This document shows positions 10,273 through 20,545 of a stretch of DNA of 64,000 nucleotides, in pieces (the stretch's first letter is position 1; every line of letters begins with the position of its first letter). The DNA comes from a bacterium (GTDB taxonomy: Bacteria > SZUA-182 > DTGQ01 > JAFGSM01), in assembly GCA_049472315.1 (NCBI GenBank), contig JBLIRN010000010.1, positions 15,091-79,090 of the forward strand, in the 5' to 3' direction. The position numbers and the translations under genes were made by a program. The notes beneath the pieces are model-generated. The model was not told the origin of the DNA, did not search any database, and saw only the letters and a program-made list of their open reading frames with translations.

Positions 10273-10893
10273 ATGCACATGCTGGCGTTGCTCGATTTCG
10301 GCCTGGGGAATCTGAAAAGCATCCAGAACGGGTTTCGACACCTCGGCCATGAGGCGGTGATTACCCGTGATCCTGACATGATCAGGGATGCGAACGGCCT
10401 CATCATCCCGGGGGTCGGCGCATTCAGGGATGGCATGGACCGTCTTCGCCAGCATCGTCTTGTTCCGGTCATCGAAGAGGCACTGTCTCAGGCAAAACCC
10501 ATCCTGGGGATCTGCCTCGGCCTGCAACTCCTGTTTTCTGAAAGCGAGGAATTCGGCCTGCACAAGGGTCTCGGAATGATGGAAGGCAGGGTGAATGCCT
10601 TCACCGGGGCCTTGAAGATACCTCACATGGGATGGAACACGGTGCATATCACCCGCCGGATTCCGCTCCTTGAAGGTATCGGAGAGGGGGAATATTTTTA
10701 TTTTGTCCATTCCTTCTTTGCCGTTCCGGAGGAGGAGGGGGTTGTGGCAGGTGAAACGGAATACGGCATCACCTTTCCCTCCGTGGTGCAGAAGGGTACG
10801 CTGATGGCAACACAGTTTCATCCTGAGAAGAGCTCGCACGCCGGGCTCAGGATTCTTGACAATTTCGCACAAATGGCTGCAAGGAGGGCCTAA
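10273..10893 (+). CDS. hisH: Imidazole glycerol phosphate synthase, glutaminase subunit
   Basis: PGVGAF, GICLGLQLL, PHMGWN, YFVHS, QFHPEKS. Confidence 0.97.
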   Translation: MHMLALLDFGLGNLKSIQNGFRHLGHEAVITRDPDMIRDANGLIIPGVGAFRDGMDRLRQHRLVPVIEEALSQAKPILGICLGLQLLFSESEEFGLHKGLGMMEGRVNAFTGALKIPHMGWNTVHITRRIPLLEGIGEGEYFYFVHSFFAVPEEEGVVAGETEYGITFPSVVQKGTLMATQFHPEKSSHAGLRILDNFAQMAARRA

Positions 10894-11622
10894 ATGCTCA
10901 TAATTCCGGCAATCGATCTGATACAGGGGGAATGTGTAAGGCTCTACCAGGGAAAGGAGGAAAACAAGACGGTGTTTTCCAAAAGTCCCCTCGATGTGGC
11001 GCTCAAGTGGCAGTCCCAAGGGGCAAAACTCCTGCATGTGGTGGACCTTGATGGGGCATTCAAGGGGAATCCCCAGAATCTACTCACCATTCTCCATCTG
11101 GCAAAGAGGATGACAATACCCATCGAACTGGGAGGCGGATTAAGGAGTCCCGATATTATCACCCGAATGTTCGAAGGCGGGGTAAACCGTGTGGTGCTCG
11201 GTACTATAGCCTATACCCAACCTGACCTGGTGAGGGATCTCTGCGATAAATATCCCGGACGTATACTCATCGGGGTGGATGCCTCGAATGGGATGCTGGC
11301 GATAAAGGGATGGAAGGACATAACCCGTATTAGGGCGGATAAATTCTGCAGCCAATGGATCGGGACCGGGGTACGAGGGATCATATACACGGACATCCAA
11401 AAGGATGGGACATTGAAGGGCCCGAACGTACAAATGATCGCGAGGCTCCTTGATGAGATCACTATCCCGGTCATTGCCGCAGGCGGGATCTCGAGCATGC
11501 AGGACCTCGAGGAATTGGTTTCCCTGAAGGAAAAGGGACTGGAAGGGATAATCATCGGGCATGCCCTGTATACCGGTGCCGTCCAACTGGATACAGCCAT
11601 TGCCAGATGGCAGGATCAGTAA
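10894..11622 (+). CDS. hisA: ProFAR isomerase
   Basis: IIPAIDL, HVVDLDGA, GGGLR, TDIQKDGTLKGPN. Confidence 0.96.
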   Translation: MLIIPAIDLIQGECVRLYQGKEENKTVFSKSPLDVALKWQSQGAKLLHVVDLDGAFKGNPQNLLTILHLAKRMTIPIELGGGLRSPDIITRMFEGGVNRVVLGTIAYTQPDLVRDLCDKYPGRILIGVDASNGMLAIKGWKDITRIRADKFCSQWIGTGVRGIIYTDIQKDGTLKGPNVQMIARLLDEITIPVIAAGGISSMQDLEELVSLKEKGLEGIIIGHALYTGAVQLDTAIARWQDQ

Positions 11623-11633
11623 GGGTATAAGAT

Positions 11634-12404
11634 ATGCTGGCGAAGCGAATCATCCCCTGCCTTGACATGAAGGAGGGAAGGGTAGTTAAGGGCATCCGTT
11701 TTGTGGATCTCCAAGATGCCGGCGATCCGGTGGAGGTAGCGGAGGCCTATAACCGCGAGGGCGCGGATGAGGTGACCTTTCTCGATATCACCGCATCATA
11801 CGAAAAGAGGGACATATTGATTCATGTGGTGGAAGAGACCGCAGAGAGACTCTTCATCCCATTCACCGTGGGGGGAGGATTACGGGATCTCGAGGACATC
11901 CGGGACATACTCAAGGCAGGTGCGGATAAGATCAGCATCAATACCGCGGCGGTTCAGGACCCTGACCTGATTTCCAAGGGCGCTCAGTCCTTTGGGAGCC
12001 AGTGTATCGTGGTGGCCATTGATGCCAAGCGGAAATCGGATGCCCTTTCCCTTCAATGGGAGGTTTACATCCACGGGGGAAGGACGCCGACCGGGCTGGA
12101 TGCGGTTTCATGGGCGAAGAGGGCGGAGGAACTCGGAGCGGGTGAAATACTCCTCACCAGCATGGACTGTGACGGAACCAAGAGGGGATATGACCTTGAA
12201 CTGACCCGCACGGTGTCCGAGGCGGTCCGGATTCCGGTCATAGCCTCGGGCGGAGCGGGCAATCTGGACCATCTCTATCACGCCTTTGATGATGGGAAGG
12301 CGGATGCGGTCCTTGCCGCATCGATCTTCCACTATAAAACCTATACGATTGCGCAGGCAAAACAGTATCTCAAGGAGAGGGGCATCCCGGTGAGGCTTCA
12401 CTGA
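11634..12404 (+). CDS. hisF: Imidazole glycerol phosphate synthase, cyclase subunit
   Basis: [43 protein letters not shown]. Confidence 0.98.
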   Translation: MLAKRIIPCLDMKEGRVVKGIRFVDLQDAGDPVEVAEAYNREGADEVTFLDITASYEKRDILIHVVEETAERLFIPFTVGGGLRDLEDIRDILKAGADKISINTAAVQDPDLISKGAQSFGSQCIVVAIDAKRKSDALSLQWEVYIHGGRTPTGLDAVSWAKRAEELGAGEILLTSMDCDGTKRGYDLELTRTVSEAVRIPVIASGGAGNLDHLYHAFDDGKADAVLAASIFHYKTYTIAQAKQYLKERGIPVRLH

Positions 12405-13707
12405 TCCCTTCCAGATCGTAGACATCCGCCCGGGTGATGGTGACTTCACAGATTTCACCCGCCGAAAGTTCTCCCCCTTGTATGAAGGTTACGCCGTCGA
12501 TGTCGGGGGCCTGCCCCCTGGTGCGTCCGACCATTACACCGTGACGATCGGGATGGGGGTAATCGCAGACGGCGGTGAAGGACCTGCCGATGAGCGCACG
12601 GTTCTTTTCCTCGGCGATATCTGCCTGCACCCTCATTATTTCGTGGTATCGCGCCTTTTTGACCCTTCGCGGGACCTGGCTTGGAAGGCGGGCCGCAGGC
12701 GTGCCCTTCTCCCTGGAATACGAAAATACCCCCAGGCGGTCAAAGCGTATCCTCCGTACGAAGCGAAGCATATGATCGAATTCCTCGTCCGTCTCACCGG
12801 GAAACCCTACCATGAGGGTGGTGCGGATGACCATATCGGTAATGGCGGACCGGGCATGGTCAATGAATTCTTCCACAATTCCCATATCCGTTGGCCTGTT
12901 CATCGCCGACAGGATCCGGGGATGACTGTGCTGCAAGGGGATGTCCAGATAGGGAAGGATTGAGGGGTATTCTGTCATCACCCTGATCAGGTCGCTCGGC
13001 AGGGAAAAAGGATAGGCATACAGGAGTCTTATCCAGGGCGCTTCATTTATGGATGCAAGCCTTTCCAGGAGGGTGGGGAGTCCCTTAAAGGCTGTGGTAT
13101 CCTGTCCTATCAGACAGACCTCCTTCACCCCTTCATCGACAAGTGCCTCCACCTCGGTCACCACCGATTTCGCGTTTCTTTGGCGGTATCTGCCCCTCAG
13201 CCTTGGGATGAGACAGTAGGAGCAGCAATGATCACACCCCTCGGAGATTTTTACATAGGCAAGGTGGCCCTGGGTGGAACGCAGCCGCGGGCACGTGTGG
13301 TCGTAAAGAAAGGAAGGGGTGTTTAAGAAATCAATACGCTCATGAGCGCCCGATCCTATGAGATCTGCAATTACGGGGACGATTCGCATGAATTCGCCGG
13401 ATCCGAGAATAGCGTCGATCTCGGGGATCTCCCTGAAGAGCTCAATGCCGTATTCCTGCGCCAGGCATCCGGTAACGATAAGGTTCCGGCACGTTCCCCT
13501 CTCCTTCAGGTGGCACATATCAAGGATCGTCTCGATTGATTCCCGCTTTGCCTCCTCGATAAAGCTACAGGTATTGACGACGATGATGTCGGCCTCTTCG
13601 GCATTCGGGGTAATGGAGTACCCCTCTTGAGCCAGAAGTCCCAGCATGACCTCGGTGTCCACAAGATTCTTGGTGCATCCGAGGCTGATCATCCCGATGC
13701 TGGGCAT
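12370..13707 (-). CDS. rimO: Ribosomal protein S12 methylthiotransferase (start 13707 or 13731; 35-nt convergent overlap with hisF)
   Basis: [22 protein letters not shown], radical-[12 protein letters not shown]-terminal TRAM domain with APDIDG. Confidence 0.93.
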   Translation of the reverse strand: MPSIGMISLGCTKNLVDTEVMLGLLAQEGYSITPNAEEADIIVVNTCSFIEEAKRESIETILDMCHLKERGTCRNLIVTGCLAQEYGIELFREIPEIDAILGSGEFMRIVPVIADLIGSGAHERIDFLNTPSFLYDHTCPRLRSTQGHLAYVKISEGCDHCCSYCLIPRLRGRYRQRNAKSVVTEVEALVDEGVKEVCLIGQDTTAFKGLPTLLERLASINEAPWIRLLYAYPFSLPSDLIRVMTEYPSILPYLDIPLQHSHPRILSAMNRPTDMGIVEEFIDHARSAITDMVIRTTLMVGFPGETDEEFDHMLRFVRRIRFDRLGVFSYSREKGTPAARLPSQVPRRVKKARYHEIMRVQADIAEEKNRALIGRSFTAVCDYPHPDRHGVMVGRTRGQAPDIDGVTFIQGGELSAGEICEVTITRADVYDLEGISEASPGCPSP

Positions 13708-13985
13708 ATTTTTTACGTTTTTGCATATCATGGTCGTTTGCGGTCTTGAGCGGTTACCATGTTTCCCTTGTTGAGAGGCCGGCATCAACGAAACCGGCGA
13801 GGGTTGTACACGCGAGATTGTTTCCTTGATGCAATTTCTTTTTGCTCTTCATGCAATGTCTTGACCGGCAGCGCATGCGGGAAATATAATATATTTGTAG
13901 GCTTCACGCATGGTGATCAATCGAGGCGCATGCAACCTTCGGGAATGAAAACGGCCCGGATATGGAATAGGGGGTATTGTTTGTT

Positions 13986-14222
13986 ATGCCCATATATGAA
14001 TATATATGCCGTTCGTGTAAAAAGGGTTTTGAAAGGTTGATCCTCAAGGAAAGCCAGTCGATATTGTGCCCGTATTGCCAATCAGAGGATCTGGAGAGGG
14101 TTTTATCCTTGTGCGGTGTCAAGGATGGCACAAAAAAAGGCCTTTCCGATCAAAGTGGAGCAACATCCTCCTCTTCCTCGTGTGCCTCCTGCATCAGCCG
14201 AAATTGTAGTCACTGCCGTTAA
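13986..14222 (+). CDS. FmdB-family zinc-ribbon protein
   Basis: MPIYEYICRSC...CPYC plus C-terminal CASCISRNCSHC. Confidence 0.85.
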   Translation: MPIYEYICRSCKKGFERLILKESQSILCPYCQSEDLERVLSLCGVKDGTKKGLSDQSGATSSSSSCASCISRNCSHCR

Positions 14223-14232
14223 CCATATCCTT

Positions 14233-14601
14233 TCAGGTAAATTTTTTCTCTTCCTCCTCCTGTTTTGTCTTGCACTCTATGCACAGGGTTACGACCGGTC
14301 GGGCCTTGAGTCTCTTGAGCCCGATGTCTTTGCCGCATTCTTCGCAGATCCCGAAGGAGCCATCCTCGATCCTTTGAAGGGCGTCATCAATCTTTGCGAG
14401 CAGCTTGCGCTCCCTGTCCCTGAGCCGCAACAGGAAATTTCTGTCCGATTCAAATGACGACTGATCGGCAAAATCAGGAAGGTCATCCGGGCTTTGCTGC
14501 AGGCCATTTCCCAAAGTCTTATCACCTTCCGAAAGGATCCTGGACCTCTCTTTGAGAAGTACGCGCTTGATTTCTGCCAAATCTTCCTTCGTTATGCTCA
14601 T
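14233..14601 (-). CDS. dksA: RNA polymerase-binding protein DksA/TraR family
   Basis: Coiled-coil tip DFADQS; C4 zinc finger CEECG...RLKARP...CIEC. Confidence 0.9.
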   Translation of the reverse strand: MSITKEDLAEIKRVLLKERSRILSEGDKTLGNGLQQSPDDLPDFADQSSFESDRNFLLRLRDRERKLLAKIDDALQRIEDGSFGICEECGKDIGLKRLKARPVVTLCIECKTKQEEEEKKFT

Positions 14602-14630
14602 AGAAATTCTACCTCCGTTAAAGATCAGAA

Positions 14631-15968
14631 CTAATGAATAATTTTGTTGACGAAATGAGTATTGATTATCCCATGCCAGAAATCAGGATGGCTCAGCACC
14701 TCTCGATGGAAAGGAGTGGTGGTGTCAATACCCTCGCACACGAATTCCTGCAGGGCCCGTCGCATCCTCATGATGGCTTCCTGTCTGTCTCGGCCGTGCG
14801 TTATGATCTTTGCAATCAGGGAGTCATAGCAGGAGGGAATACGACATTCGGTATAGATGGCGGAATCTATTCGTACTCCAGGGCCCCCGGGGAAATGTAT
14901 GCCGCTGATTTTTCCCGGACATGGCGCAAAGGTCCTGGGATTCTCGGCATTTATCCTACATTCTATCGCATGTCCTGAGATGTTGATATCGGATTGTTTC
15001 CAGGGAAGGCGTTCACCTGCAGCGATCCGTATCTGCTGCTTGACCAGATCGATACCGGTTACCATTTCGGTGACGGGATGCTCAACCTGTATCCGGGTAT
15101 TCATTTCCATGAAATAGAAATTTTGCCCTTCATCAAGCAGGAACTCCACGGTCCCCACGCTCGAATAGTTTATTGCCTGGGCTGCTTTGACCGCCGTTTC
15201 ACCCATTTTGGTCCTGAGCTCCGGACTCATGCCCGGTGAAGGGGATTCCTCTATCAACTTCTGATAGCGGCGTTGAATCGAACAATCCCTGTCCCCGAGG
15301 TGTAAGATGGTGCCGTACGCATCCCCGATGATCTGAAATTCCACATGCCTTGGATTTTCAATAAATTTCTCCACATACAGGCAGGGATTGTCGAAGGAGC
15401 TTATTGCCTCGGACTGTGCCGCCATAAAGGCATTCAAAAAACTCGCATCCGTATGGACGATCCTCATCCCCTTTCCCCCCCCTCCGCCTGCGGCCTTGAT
15501 CATGACGGGAAAGCCTATTGTATGAGCCATTTCCAGGGCTTCATGGTCATTTTCCACCCCGCCCTCGGTGCCCGGCACACACGGCACGCCGGACCGTTCC
15601 ATGGTCTGGCGGGCGGCCACCTTATCACCCATTGCCCTGATGATCTCGGCCCCCGGGCCGATGAATTTGATGTTGCACGTTTCGCAGATCTCGGCAAAAC
15701 GGCTGTTTTCAGCGAGAAATCCATACCCCGGATGTATCGCCTCTGCATCGGTGATCTCAGCGGCACTGATAATGGCGGGGATGTTGAGGTAGCTTTTGGA
15801 CGGTTCACGGGGACCTACGCACACCGCTTCATCCGCCATCTGGACAGGGAGACTGTCCGCGTCCTCCTCCGAATAAATCGCCACGGTCTTTATCCCCATT
15901 TCCATGCATGAGCGGATGATGCGCACCGCTATCTCTCCCCTGTTTGCAACCAATATTTTGTTAAACAT
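14631..15968 (-). CDS. accC: Acetyl-CoA carboxylase, biotin carboxylase subunit
   Basis: MFNKILVANRGEIA, HPGYGFLAEN, GGGGKGMR, EMNTRIQVEH. Confidence 0.97.
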   Translation of the reverse strand: MFNKILVANRGEIAVRIIRSCMEMGIKTVAIYSEEDADSLPVQMADEAVCVGPREPSKSYLNIPAIISAAEITDAEAIHPGYGFLAENSRFAEICETCNIKFIGPGAEIIRAMGDKVAARQTMERSGVPCVPGTEGGVENDHEALEMAHTIGFPVMIKAAGGGGGKGMRIVHTDASFLNAFMAAQSEAISSFDNPCLYVEKFIENPRHVEFQIIGDAYGTILHLGDRDCSIQRRYQKLIEESPSPGMSPELRTKMGETAVKAAQAINYSSVGTVEFLLDEGQNFYFMEMNTRIQVEHPVTEMVTGIDLVKQQIRIAAGERLPWKQSDINISGHAIECRINAENPRTFAPCPGKISGIHFPGGPGVRIDSAIYTECRIPSCYDSLIAKIITHGRDRQEAIMRMRRALQEFVCEGIDTTTPFHREVLSHPDFWHGIINTHFVNKIIH

Positions 15969-16044
15969 ACCCTTTCCGTATACTGTCAATGCCCTTCGGC
16001 GGGCAATCGTGGCATCGATCGCATGGTGCACCATGCGAGACTGC

Positions 16045-16530
16045 TTACTGGAATCCTTCGGTTTCGATGATAAAGAGAGGTTCTCCGTACTCCACAGGCT
16101 GGGCATTTTCCACAAGAATGGCGGCAACCCTTCCCGCGCGATCGCATTCCACTTCATTCATCAGCTTCATGGCCTCGATAATACACATAACCTGACCGGG
16201 CTTTATGACATCACCCACATTGACAAAGGCGGATACATTCGGAGATGGTGCCCGGTAGAAGGTCCCCACCAATGGGGATCGAATGATTGCCCTGCCTTCG
16301 GCCAGCTCGAGCTCGGTCTCCTGTGGCTGGGTGCCTTGAGGCACCGGAAGGCTCTTGGGATAGTCGGGTTGAATGGATTGTATCCCGCTGAAAAACCTCT
16401 GATCAGGAGGCTCAGGCGGCGTTTTCTTCACCCGTATCTTGAAATCCGCCTCTTCCCATTCAATCTCATTGAAATTGGACTCCTCAAGGAGTTTAAGGAT
16501 CTTTTTTATCTTTTTGAGATCGGTATCCAT
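16045..16530 (-). CDS. accB: Acetyl-CoA carboxylase biotin carboxyl carrier protein
   Basis: SPLVGTFYRAPSP and the EAMKLMNE biotinylation motif. Confidence 0.97.
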   Translation of the reverse strand: MDTDLKKIKKILKLLEESNFNEIEWEEADFKIRVKKTPPEPPDQRFFSGIQSIQPDYPKSLPVPQGTQPQETELELAEGRAIIRSPLVGTFYRAPSPNVSAFVNVGDVIKPGQVMCIIEAMKLMNEVECDRAGRVAAILVENAQPVEYGEPLFIIETEGFQ

Positions 16531-16601
16531 AGATATCTCTTTTTCCTGTTTAGAATCCCGCTAAATATGTGCCTGATTCAGAACATATCATTATATTCGT
16601 G

Positions 16602-17684
16602 CTATAGTACCTCCAAGCTGTCCCATTTTATTGCAGTCAGGGATTCACACCCCCCCTCCGTTACCACCACCATATCCTCCCACCGAATACCGAATGCATG
16701 TTCAAGGTATATCCCCGGCTCAATGGTGAAAATCATCCCCTCCCTTACGATGGTGTCCGATTTCGCGCTGATCCTTGGTTCTTCGTGGATCATGAGACCT
16801 ACACCGTGTCCGGTGCCGTGACCGAAATATGCCTCGAATCCTGCATCACTGATGACCTTGCGTGCGGCGCCGTCGATATCCCTCGCACAGGCGCCGGGAG
16901 ACACCTTGTCCATGGCCGCCCTTTGTGCCTCCCGCACAACCTCATACACATCCCGCATCTTTTCCTCCCGGGGAGGTTTCATGGCCATAACGCGGGTCAT
17001 GTCCGAATGGTATCCCTGAAATACTGCCCCGCAGTCCACCAGGATGGAGCGGGCCTGCCCGATTGCGCGATTGGTTGGAGAGGAATGGGGAAAGGCGGAA
17101 CGCTCGTCGGTCGCTATGATGATTTCAAATGCCGAACGCTGTGCCCCCGCCTTTTTCATCATATAATCCATTTCAACGGCCAAGTCCCTCTCCGTGATGC
17201 CGCTCGTATTGCCGATAATCCCGGGGACCTGATCCATGACCTCACCCAGTATCCTGGCGCTTGTTCGGATCAACTCCTGCTCGTCCTTGTCCTTGATGAG
17301 TCTCAATTGCTCCACACAATCCGCACAGGGTACAAGGGTAACGGAAGAGAGGGCGTCGGTCAATTGCCGGTGTGTGTCGACGGTAATATTCCTTGATTCG
17401 AAGCCGATACGCCGCAATCCATGCTGCGCAAGCCACTGAGCGATGTCCTTTATCAATTCCCTGCATTCCATTGTTTCAATGCTGCAATCCTTCTCCTTCA
17501 CCGCATTGATATATCTGAAATCGGTGAACAACACACCCCCACCCGAATAGGTACAGTAAATTCCTTCAACACCTTCCATACCGGTCAGATAGGTAATATT
17601 CTCCGGACAGGTCACCAGTATTCCATCGATGTCCATATCGGACAAGCTTGATTGCAGTGTGGTATTCCTCTTCTTATAACGCAC
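16602..17684 (-). CDS. Xaa-Pro aminopeptidase (M24 family)
   Basis: TDFRY, D-x-G...YHSDMTR, HGTGHGVGLMIHEEP, TIEPGIY, ED motifs. Confidence 0.92.
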   Translation of the reverse strand: MRYKKRNTTLQSSLSDMDIDGILVTCPENITYLTGMEGVEGIYCTYSGGGVLFTDFRYINAVKEKDCSIETMECRELIKDIAQWLAQHGLRRIGFESRNITVDTHRQLTDALSSVTLVPCADCVEQLRLIKDKDEQELIRTSARILGEVMDQVPGIIGNTSGITERDLAVEMDYMMKKAGAQRSAFEIIIATDERSAFPHSSPTNRAIGQARSILVDCGAVFQGYHSDMTRVMAMKPPREEKMRDVYEVVREAQRAAMDKVSPGACARDIDGAARKVISDAGFEAYFGHGTGHGVGLMIHEEPRISAKSDTIVREGMIFTIEPGIYLEHAFGIRWEDMVVVTEGGCESLTAIKWDSLEVL

Positions 17685-17719
17685 CTAATTATTCCGTAAC
17701 CGTTCGCCGTCGTTGCCCG

Positions 17720-18094
17720 CTATGAATCGGAACTCTTATGCACATCCAGCTTTGATTTCTTCATATTCTGACAGTTACGAAGCCATTGCTCCAATGTCGC
17801 AAGGATCTTTTGCCGTTTGTTGTTGTCGCTTCCCGTTCCGGAATGGCTCTCCTGAGGTGACGGTGGCGTGGTGCCGGGCTGCACCGCATCCACCATCGTC
17901 CGGATCTGCTTGAGCCTCATATTCCATTCCTGGCGATCGGGATGCTGAGTCAAGAGCTTTGTATATATCTCGATCGACCTCTCGAGAAACCCCTGGGAAA
18001 AATAGAGTTCAGCGAGGGTCGCCGTTATGATCTCTTCCTCTCCGTCATCGGTTGACGATGATCCTGGGGAGGGATTCTGCAGTTCTTCATTCAT
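17720..18094 (-). CDS. Small protein with a single TPR-like motif
   Basis: IITATLAELYFSQGFLERSIEIYTKLL (TPR-like); C-terminal LEQWL. Confidence 0.65.
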   Translation of the reverse strand: MNEELQNPSPGSSSTDDGEEEIITATLAELYFSQGFLERSIEIYTKLLTQHPDRQEWNMRLKQIRTMVDAVQPGTTPPSPQESHSGTGSDNNKRQKILATLEQWLRNCQNMKKSKLDVHKSSDS

Positions 18095-18722
18095 CGCATG
18101 TGCCCAGATTAATGATGACGATTGTTCCTCGGGAATTCACCCACAGGGACGGATCAAATCTCCTCATAGGCATCAAGAGCGTGCTCATATACATGTAATC
18201 GGCATAATTCGATCTTTTTGTGGATGATCATGACCGATTCCGTCACAAATATAACGAAAAATGGTAGCATTCTATGAACTATGTGTCAAGAAGGATAACA
18301 TGTTAATTATATTGTCAGAAAAAGTCCTTCTGGTATTGGCAGCCCTTCGGCGGGGACCTTCGCAGCTACAGTTCCATACCAGATCCTGCCTGAATATTTA
18401 GTTTATAATAAAAAAAACTATAAATAATAAAAAGAAATTAAATTAGTATACCAAATGCCTCAAACAGTGTCAATTGATAATAATTTCCAGCAAGGATGCT
18501 CACATAGACATATGCCTCCCAGGATCTGTCAAACTAATGGGAAAAGGGGGTGTGCCTGTGTGCAAGGGAGCCGAAACAAAAGGCCAGTCCCTTTCCCGCT
18601 CCCTATTGAGCAATAATGACTTTGACGAGACCTTGATATGGTCCAAACTTCATTGACATGCAGCGAGGGTATTGCATATACTACATCAAAACACCTTTCA
18701 TCCCTGGACGAGGAATCGAAAT

Positions 18723-19757
18723 GTGAGTATTCGTGAGGAGCTTGAAAGAATCGAGGAGGCAACACTCTCTCCCAAGGCATGTTTGAGCATCAATACACGG
18801 GGTCGTCAAACCCCGGAGGAGCCTTGTCCTATTCGCCCTGCCTTCCAGAGAGACAGGGACCGCATCATCCACTCCAAGTCCTTCCGTCGCCTAAAGCATA
18901 AAACCCAGGTATTTCTGAGCCCCTTCGGTGATCATTACCGGACCAGGCTTACCCATACCCTGGAGGTCTCGCAGATTGCCCGTACCATTGCCAAGGCCCT
19001 CAAGCTGAACGAGACCCTGACCGAGGCCATTGCCATGGGCCATGATCTCGGTCATACCCCCTTTGGGCACGCAGGGGAGGAGGTGCTCAATAGAATCCAT
19101 CCGGGTGGATTCAAGCACAATGAACAGAGCCTGAGGGTGGTGGAAAAGCTGGAGAAGGAGGGCAATGGATTGAACCTGACCGCGGAGGTGCGGGATGGTA
19201 TCCTCCACCACTCCAAGGGGAGAGGGGATATTCTCCCCAATGAAGGGAACAGGGCATTGACCATGGAGGGGGAGATTGTTCGTCTTGCCGATATCATGGC
19301 CTATGTGAATCACGACATCGATGATGCGCTCAGGGCGGGAATTATCAAGCAGGAGGACCTTCCCCCGGAGGGCACGCGCATCCTCGGCAGCAGTGTTGCG
19401 GAAAGGATCGACACCCTGGTGAAGGATGTCATCTACTCTACCTTGAGGTGCGACGTGGCGATAATCACCATGAGCGATGACGTGCTCACGGCCACCGACC
19501 TCCTTCGCAGATTCCTGTACAACAATGTGTACTATAATCCGGTTACCAGGGCGGAGTTTGATAAGGCCTCCAAGATCATTCAAGAGCTCTATTCATACTA
19601 TCTTGTCCATTCGGAGCAGATTATCGCCCAGGGACCCCACGAGGAGGGGGAATGTACCGATAGACTCGTGTGTGACTTTATCGCAGGAATGACCGACCGG
19701 TATGCCCTCATGACGTATGAAAAAGTCTTTCTTCCCCAGCCATGGATGGTCCTGTGA
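18723..19757 (+). CDS. dgt: Deoxyguanosinetriphosphate triphosphohydrolase (HD family)
   Basis: [54 protein letters not shown]. Confidence 0.93.
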   Translation: MSIREELERIEEATLSPKACLSINTRGRQTPEEPCPIRPAFQRDRDRIIHSKSFRRLKHKTQVFLSPFGDHYRTRLTHTLEVSQIARTIAKALKLNETLTEAIAMGHDLGHTPFGHAGEEVLNRIHPGGFKHNEQSLRVVEKLEKEGNGLNLTAEVRDGILHHSKGRGDILPNEGNRALTMEGEIVRLADIMAYVNHDIDDALRAGIIKQEDLPPEGTRILGSSVAERIDTLVKDVIYSTLRCDVAIITMSDDVLTATDLLRRFLYNNVYYNPVTRAEFDKASKIIQELYSYYLVHSEQIIAQGPHEEGECTDRLVCDFIAGMTDRYALMTYEKVFLPQPWMVL

Positions 19758-20545
19758 TGAGACTGGCCATAATAATCCCTGCACGCTACGGATCGACACG
19801 GTTTGAAGGAAAGCCCCTTGCGCCCCTTCTGGGCAAGCCCATGATTCGGCATGTCTACGAGCGTGCGGCCATGGCCCGTCTGTCGGATTCAGTGGTGGTG
19901 GCGACCGACGATGAACGAATCGCGTGCTCGGTGAAGGGTTTTGGGGGAACCGTGGTCATCACCTCAGGAAGCCATCAAACCGGCACGGATCGGATTGCGG
20001 AGGTGGCAGCAGGGCTCGACGTTGAATGGATTATAAACCTCCAGGGTGATGAACCCTTGATACAGCCGGAGGTAATCGACCTGCTTGCACGCTCCATGAT
20101 GGGGGCCCCTCACGAGCATATGTTCAGCCTCATGCGTCCCGTGTGTACGGTTGATGAGTACATGAATCCCCATGCGGTAAAGGTGGTCACCGATCACCAG
20201 GGGTATGCACTCTATTTTTCGCGGGCCCCGATTCCATGCCCTAAGGGTGGTTGGTCCCATCTGCAGGGCGTTTCCGAGGATCACCCGGCGGTGAAAAACG
20301 CCCATATCCATTGCGGGATCTACGGCTACAGGAAGGACTTTCTCCTTACCATTCCATCGATGAGGCCGTCTGCATTGGAGTGCACGGAAGGTCTGGAGCA
20401 GCTCAGAATCCTTTCCAACGGGCACCGAATTGTGATGATCCGCACCGAATACCGGGCCATCGGGGTTGATACGCCCGAGGATATCGCGGTTGTTGAGGAA
20501 CTGTTGAGAAGGGAAAAAAGATCGCTCATGCCCGGGGCAGGCTGA
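19757..20545 (+). CDS. kdsB: 3-deoxy-manno-octulosonate cytidylyltransferase
   Basis: IIPARYGSTRFEGKPL, TGTDR, NLQGDEP, ALYFSR, EGLEQLR, GVDTPED. Confidence 0.96.
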   Translation: MRLAIIIPARYGSTRFEGKPLAPLLGKPMIRHVYERAAMARLSDSVVVATDDERIACSVKGFGGTVVITSGSHQTGTDRIAEVAAGLDVEWIINLQGDEPLIQPEVIDLLARSMMGAPHEHMFSLMRPVCTVDEYMNPHAVKVVTDHQGYALYFSRAPIPCPKGGWSHLQGVSEDHPAVKNAHIHCGIYGYRKDFLLTIPSMRPSALECTEGLEQLRILSNGHRIVMIRTEYRAIGVDTPEDIAVVEELLRREKRSLMPGAG

